From an uncultured virus (IMG/VR IMGVR_UViG_3300042893_001183) (lineage: Duplodnaviria > Heunggongvirae > Uroviricota > Caudoviricetes): DNA of 64,000 nt. Within the stretch, counting starts at the first letter, position 1. The number at the start of each line of letters is the position of its first letter. Position numbers and translations under genes: made by a program. The stretch lies in the IMG/VR virus record IMGVR_UViG_3300042893_001183, one strand, 5' to 3'. This document shows positions 58,860 to 64,000 of the stretch, piece by piece. The notes under the pieces were generated by a model. It did not search any database. It saw only the letters and a program-made list of their open reading frames with translations, and was not told the origin of the DNA.

Positions 58860-60398
58860 ATGAAAAAAATAAAAGAGAAAATCCAACAACTCGAAACACA
58901 AATACTTGAAAACCACATCACAAAAGAAAAAGAGTTGTTGATTAACGAAATGAAAAAAATAGGAATAGAAAAATTACCCTATTCTTACTCAGCCCTGAAA
59001 CAGTTTATTGACCCCGAGACAATGAACTTTCACTATAACAAACATTATAAGGGATATGTGGATAAATTGAATGACGCTTTAAATAAAAAGAAATACGGGG
59101 ATTTAGAGTTAGAACAAATAATCAAAACAATAAGTCGTTTTGATAAGACAATAAGAAACAACGCAGGAGGAGCATTTAACCACGCATTGTTTTGGAATAT
59201 GTTAACACCAACTCCAAAGAAATTAGAAGGAGAATTACTTAAAAAAATCACAAAACAATTCGGAAGTTTCACTGCGTTCAAGAAACAATTTGATACTGTT
59301 GCCAAAGATAGATTCGGTTCAGGGTGGGTATGGTTAGTCCTTACTGCCAAGAACACATTAAAGATTATGTCGACTCCAAATCAAGACAATCCTTTAATGA
59401 ATGTGATTGAAGGTGGTGGGTTTCCAATATTAGGGTTAGACTTATGGGAACACGCTTACTACTTGAAGTATAGAAACAAGCGAGACGAATATATTGTTAA
59501 CTTTTGGAAAGTTGTAAACTGGGAATTTGTTTCCAAGTTATATGAAATGAAAACGGAAACTAAATTAGTAGAATCCGTTAAGTTAGAAAAGTTGATAACA
59601 GAATCCAAAGAGGCAAAATTTTGTGACGCCAAGGAAGTTCAATTCTACAGAGAACTTATTAATAATTCAAACATTAAGAGAATATACCAAGACGGAGTAA
59701 CTAATGCTTTAAAAGAAGTGTTTAGTCAATTTTGGGTTGATAGTACAAATAAAGAAATGTCAGGGTTTTATGGATTAGAGTCTAAAGAAGGAAGGTCTAT
59801 TTTAAATAACCTAAACACAAACTTCAACACTTTTTGTTTATTAACCAAAGCAATTAATACTCAAATTGAAAAAATAGGTAGACCTGAAAAGAAATTTGAT
59901 TTTTCTAAAAAAGAAAATAGAACCATTAAAGAGATTAACAGATTAATGAATGCGTTGTATCATTTCAAAACAGAAATATTCACAAAAAACAACGAGGAGT
60001 TTATTAACATAATTAAAGTATTAAAAAAATTGTGGGATAGAGGACAAAAATCTGAAGATGATGTTTTAATTAAAATTGAAAAATATTTTGGGGATTCCGC
60101 AAAACTTGAAAAGACTGGAGGACATGGTCAAAAAACCGACGCACTCCTTGGTGTTGATTTAACAATTACTTTAAATGAAACAAGATATACCGCTCAGGTT
60201 AAACCATTTTCAAGAATAATAAACGAAGATGGAAAAATTACTGTAAAAGATACAGGAAATGTTAAACCGTACGATGTTGATTGGTTGATATTTATTAATA
60301 CAAAATCAAACGAGATTTTGATTTTTGAAAACAACCCGATTAAAAATCATAATCAATATGTGTTTAATGAGAGTTCATTAATTCATAAAATAGAATAG
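58860..60398 (+). CDS. sod: Mn/Fe superoxide dismutase fused to a C-terminal putative PD-(D/E)xK-like domain
   Basis: LPYSYSALKQFID, HYNKH, NNAGGAFNHALFW, FGSGWVWL, NQD, DLWEHAYY; then about 280 extra aa with E...GVD...QVK. Confidence 0.85.
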   Translation: MKKIKEKIQQLETQILENHITKEKELLINEMKKIGIEKLPYSYSALKQFIDPETMNFHYNKHYKGYVDKLNDALNKKKYGDLELEQIIKTISRFDKTIRNNAGGAFNHALFWNMLTPTPKKLEGELLKKITKQFGSFTAFKKQFDTVAKDRFGSGWVWLVLTAKNTLKIMSTPNQDNPLMNVIEGGGFPILGLDLWEHAYYLKYRNKRDEYIVNFWKVVNWEFVSKLYEMKTETKLVESVKLEKLITESKEAKFCDAKEVQFYRELINNSNIKRIYQDGVTNALKEVFSQFWVDSTNKEMSGFYGLESKEGRSILNNLNTNFNTFCLLTKAINTQIEKIGRPEKKFDFSKKENRTIKEINRLMNALYHFKTEIFTKNNEEFINIIKVLKKLWDRGQKSEDDVLIKIEKYFGDSAKLEKTGGHGQKTDALLGVDLTITLNETRYTAQVKPFSRIINEDGKITVKDTGNVKPYDVDWLIFINTKSNEILIFENNPIKNHNQYVFNESSLIHKIE

Positions 60399-60415
60399 TT
60401 AAGATATTTATTGAC

Positions 60416-61540
60416 ATGGCAGTATTACCAGAACCAGAAAGAAGTAGGATATATACGAGAATCAAACATCAGTTAGGTGCACCACTAAGAAGTGTTGAAC
60501 TTGAAGATGAGATGATGGATTCGTTAATGGAATTAGCAATTGGGGATTACGAAGAGTATATCCTACAATGGTTAATTGATTCTCAATGGGTTAACTTAGT
60601 TAACTTGAATATGAATGAAAGGTCTGTTGCAAGAGCGTTAGTTACAAGAACTATGGATTTTGAACAACAGTTTAGCTATTCATATTCCAAAATTGTTGGT
60701 CTTCAAACTGAAGGTCCGTGGGTTTTAAAGAAAGATTATTTTGTTCTTGAAAAAAATGTTCAAACATATGAAATTCCTGCAGGTAGAGAGGTTAACGAAC
60801 TATTATGGTTTAGTGACCAACCTTGGACAGCATTTGGAATAGGTGGTATGGCTGGTGGTTTTGGTGGTATTGGTTTAGGTGCCGACCAAGCGGGATTCGC
60901 CCAAATGGGTAATCAAGGTTCTTATTTTATGATGTCAGGGTTTGATTACTTAATTAGAATGCAAGAATCAAATATTCTTAATAGAATATTGGGAGGTTCA
61001 ATGACATATAGAATAACAGGATTACCTGACGGTAAAAAGTTAATTCACCTAATGAACACTCCTGGCGGCAAATTTAATTGGTCTAGTTATAGTCAATATG
61101 TTGGTAAAGCCGTATGGTATTGGTATTATGATGTTGAGCCTGATAGTAGAGCAGATTGTCTCAAAAACAATCCTGATATTATTAAATTACCTACAGATGT
61201 TCCAATCGAATCACTTAGTTGGGAGGACTTAAATGTCCCTGGTCAACAATGGGTAAGAAGATGGTTTACAGCTTATTGTAAAGAAACTTTAGCGAGAGTT
61301 AGAGGTAAGTATAGTGGTAACTTAAAAACACCTGATTCTGAAATTATAATGGATTATCAGAGTTTACTTACTGAAGCTAAAGACGAAAAAACCAAACTTA
61401 TTGATGAACTTACAGGTGCTGAAGGATGGTTGACAAGAATGAGACCCGATAAAGTAATGGAACGAGAAGCGTTAATCGCAGAAAATTTGAACAAACAAAT
61501 GAAGTTCAGAGCAATGCCTCGTCAAATATATGTAATTTAA
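60416..61540 (+). CDS. Neck/head-tail adaptor protein, T4 gp13-like
   Basis: IKHQLGAPLRSVEL; WVRRWFTAYCKETLARVRGKY. Confidence 0.8.
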   Translation: MAVLPEPERSRIYTRIKHQLGAPLRSVELEDEMMDSLMELAIGDYEEYILQWLIDSQWVNLVNLNMNERSVARALVTRTMDFEQQFSYSYSKIVGLQTEGPWVLKKDYFVLEKNVQTYEIPAGREVNELLWFSDQPWTAFGIGGMAGGFGGIGLGADQAGFAQMGNQGSYFMMSGFDYLIRMQESNILNRILGGSMTYRITGLPDGKKLIHLMNTPGGKFNWSSYSQYVGKAVWYWYYDVEPDSRADCLKNNPDIIKLPTDVPIESLSWEDLNVPGQQWVRRWFTAYCKETLARVRGKYSGNLKTPDSEIIMDYQSLLTEAKDEKTKLIDELTGAEGWLTRMRPDKVMEREALIAENLNKQMKFRAMPRQIYVI

Positions 61541-61544
61541 TTTT

Positions 61545-61880
61545 ATGGCAATAATAAAAACAATACCATCAAGAAAGGTAATCAACGGGTTTGTTGTAGA
61601 CACCTCAGAAATTTCTATAGTATCTGAATCAGAATATAAAACAAACGGTGAATCCTGTATTGTGATTAAAGGAGTTTCTGACTCTACAGTTATTTTAGAT
61701 TCTACAACTACAGACCATATTGTTGTTAAATCAATGACAAGACTTACAATCAAACCAGACATCGGTAAAATTGATGAAGACTATGACGAAATAGTCGCTG
61801 ATAAGTACGCTTGTATTGAATTTAGATTTATGGGTGGAAGTTGGTATATTCTATCATCAGACGGTTTGAAGCAATCCTAA
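61545..61880 (+). CDS. Small beta-rich hypothetical protein
   Basis: 111-aa ORF following the neck gene. Confidence 0.6.
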   Translation: MAIIKTIPSRKVINGFVVDTSEISIVSESEYKTNGESCIVIKGVSDSTVILDSTTTDHIVVKSMTRLTIKPDIGKIDEDYDEIVADKYACIEFRFMGGSWYILSSDGLKQS

Positions 61881-64000
61881 TTTTTCTTTCCAACCCTCTT
61901 CGGCTAAGTGGTACATATAAAAAGGATTTAACCCTCTTTTTGCCCAATAACTTAATTCCTGTTCGGTAATATCCAAAACATCTTCTTGTAATTTATCTTG
62001 GGAACCTTCATCTAATGGGTGACCGTTGATAAGTTCACACTGAGTTGTTGTAAAAATACCTCTATCTGCAGGGTCATTAACAATTAAAGCATTTCTAACC
62101 TCATCTTTAAAGACGACCATTAAAGGTTCAATTCTTTTATTAAATGTTGCAATTGCTCTTGGTACATTATAATCACCAGTTAAATCAGGGTCATTATCTA
62201 ATATATCTTTATCCAACATATAACAGTTTACCATAACACCATCAGTTACAGGTTTTGATTTAGGATTCATAAGGGCGTTATAAGCATTCGTATCTTTAAT
62301 TTGTTTTACAGTCATCTTTTGAACATCTCCTTGAGATGACTTAGTTCCGTTGTTAACATACAAAATAACATCACCTAAATTTACATTTAAATTATTTTTT
62401 AATGCTAATTCCATGTGAGCCATTCTACTCATACTATTACCAGATTTAGTCTTTGTAGTTAACCTTTTAGTATAATCATCAAGACTTAATTTAACTTTAG
62501 CTCTCTGAGCAATCTTACTTAATGGAATCTTTTTGTCAAATATGATTTGAAGATATTCATAATAATATTCAACAAATGCCTTACCATCACCTTGTAATAA
62601 CATTTTAATACCCTTATCTAAAAACGTTTCAATATACAATGGAAGTTTCTTCGATTTAATACTATTACCTGTTAACTTAATTTTACCCTTGGAATCCATA
62701 ACGGCATAGTTCTTACGAGCCAAGTTAATACAAGACGGCCATACCCCATCGGTATCAAGAGCCATCTCACCTCTCATAAAGATATCGTTATACTCCGCAA
62801 CATCAGCCTCAGGTCCATAATATTCTTTACCTAATTCAACCTTCCAATTCAAACCACGACCAACATAAACTCGGTCTTTTGCCTCATCAGGAGTCGAGAA
62901 GTTTACACCATCCGTATCCATTACCAATGGAACATATCCCTTGGTCATAAAGAATCTAATCATCTGACGAAGATATTGTCTACCTGTACAAGTGATTTGT
63001 TCTCCCATATACATGTCACCCCAAGCAAATACTTGTGGAGCGGACAACGCACCAAACATCGAGTTAATGAAAATCTTAATCGGTAATTGTTTATTACCAT
63101 ATGATTCAGATTTCTTACGGTCAACATTATAAAACTCTTCGGCAAGTTGTTTGTATTTGATACGGGTGTTACGGAAATAACTTAACATTCCTTTCATTGC
63201 GCCTGTAACATCACAGTCAGGGAATACATCGTGTACTAATTGAATAGAAGGGTATAGAGACGAGAAATCGAGCTTAAGTACGTTCTTACTATAACCAACT
63301 TTAAGTAGTCGAGAAAGACCTCCTACGAAGTCTGTCTTGGATTCTTTGGCAGGTATTGCAAGTCCATGTTTATAAGACCAAGCCAACATTAACATTTTCC
63401 ATAATGTTGCGGTACCCATTGTGGATACTCTTTCATATGTTGTTGGAATCATCGCAGCCAACAAGAACGAACCTTGGTTAAACTCTTGGTCAACCTTTAG
63501 AGTTTCATCTAAGTCATCATCAAGATACATCTCAACTAACTTGTCACCAGCAATCTGATTATAAACATCTGAACGTTTAGAACAAGCGTCATCAATCTTA
63601 GAATCAACACCGACTTTCTTGTACTTACCGTTTTGAGTATTTAACCAATAATTTTCTTTCTTTGTATAGAATGGTCCAATATCTGAATGGTCAATGTATA
63701 CACGGTCAGGTGCTTCGGCATTAATGAATTGGGTAATGTATTTCAAACCCGCAGCTTTAATACTTGAATTAATTGCCTGAGCTCTACGAACGGCATGAAT
63801 AATATCAATAACGTTGTAACCCCAAATAGAAGTCTGAGTAAAGTTCTCAACCTCATTGGCAAGTTTTAACATACTATCTTTTCTTGTGAAAGAATGTTCA
63901 GGGTGTAATGATTTACAAATCTTCTTTGGGTCAATATTTAAGATTCTACATCTTTCGAATATCCAATGCCAGTCGAAGTTTGCTGAATTATACCCACCAA
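61857..64000 (-). CDS. Family B DNA polymerase, 5' part beyond the window
   Basis: Frame stays open past the track's ATG at 63872 to the edge (GGYNSANFDW, ExoII); DFSSLYPS, KIFINSMFG, MDTDG. Confidence 0.95.
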   Translation of the reverse strand, partial: GGYNSANFDWHWIFERCRILNIDPKKICKSLHPEHSFTRKDSMLKLANEVENFTQTSIWGYNVIDIIHAVRRAQAINSSIKAAGLKYITQFINAEAPDRVYIDHSDIGPFYTKKENYWLNTQNGKYKKVGVDSKIDDACSKRSDVYNQIAGDKLVEMYLDDDLDETLKVDQEFNQGSFLLAAMIPTTYERVSTMGTATLWKMLMLAWSYKHGLAIPAKESKTDFVGGLSRLLKVGYSKNVLKLDFSSLYPSIQLVHDVFPDCDVTGAMKGMLSYFRNTRIKYKQLAEEFYNVDRKKSESYGNKQLPIKIFINSMFGALSAPQVFAWGDMYMGEQITCTGRQYLRQMIRFFMTKGYVPLVMDTDGVNFSTPDEAKDRVYVGRGLNWKVELGKEYYGPEADVAEYNDIFMRGEMALDTDGVWPSCINLARKNYAVMDSKGKIKLTGNSIKSKKLPLYIETFLDKGIKMLLQGDGKAFVEYYYEYLQIIFDKKIPLSKIAQRAKVKLSLDDYTKRLTTKTKSGNSMSRMAHMELALKNNLNVNLGDVILYVNNGTKSSQGDVQKMTVKQIKDTNAYNALMNPKSKPVTDGVMVNCYMLDKDILDNDPDLTGDYNVPRAIATFNKRIEPLMVVFKDEVRNALIVNDPADRGIFTTTQCELINGHPLDEGSQDKLQEDVLDITEQELSYWAKRGLNPFYMYHLAEEGWKEKLGLLQTV

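Noticed and set aside
13015..63145. Remaining short ORF-track entries nested in or antisense to long genes
   Set aside because: No motifs or start context; they overlap well-supported CDSs
24824..64000. Introns or inteins in nrdA, nrdB, helicase, recA or polB
   Set aside because: ORFs are continuous, of ordinary length, and show no splicing or homing motifs
1..64000. Stop-codon reassignment as seen in some large phages
   Set aside because: Very long ORFs are intact under the standard code and TAA, TAG and TGA all end plausible genes
1..64000. tRNA, rRNA, integrase or transposase
   Set aside because: None recognised; intergenic gaps are short and explained by promoters and hairpins

Overview
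A 64-kb, AT-rich, densely coding segment of a large myovirus-type (T4-superfamily-like) bacteriophage, read in the standard genetic code and mostly on the minus strand. From right to left it carries: family B DNA polymerase (runs off the right edge); a plus-strand block (SNF2 helicase, a Mn/Fe superoxide dismutase fused to a probable PD-(D/E)xK-like domain, gp13-like neck protein); neck and terminator proteins, tail sheath, a HAD hydrolase, tail tube, tail chaperone(s), tape measure and two giant baseplate proteins; a replication block (gp32-like SSB, RecA/UvsX, 5'-3' exonuclease, DnaB/gp41 helicase, nrdB, nrdA); gp25/gp6 baseplate wedges; and a long run of outer baseplate/fibre genes ending in SprB-repeat, Thr-Pro-repeat and a giant Pro-free Gly-X-Y protein that runs off the left edge. 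SprB repeats, A-rich leaders without Shine-Dalgarno sequences and the RNR type suggest a Bacteroidota host (inference). Most notable: a recurrent [S/T]-[G/A]-x-T motif concentrated in outer virion proteins (candidate modification sequon); the SOD fusion behind a promoter-in-hairpin switch; a sense-strand TATTTAT late-promoter candidate that is the reverse complement of the T4 late box; a probable +1 frameshift in the tail chaperone; and three genes missing from the ORF track. All family assignments come from motif recognition by eye, not database searches.
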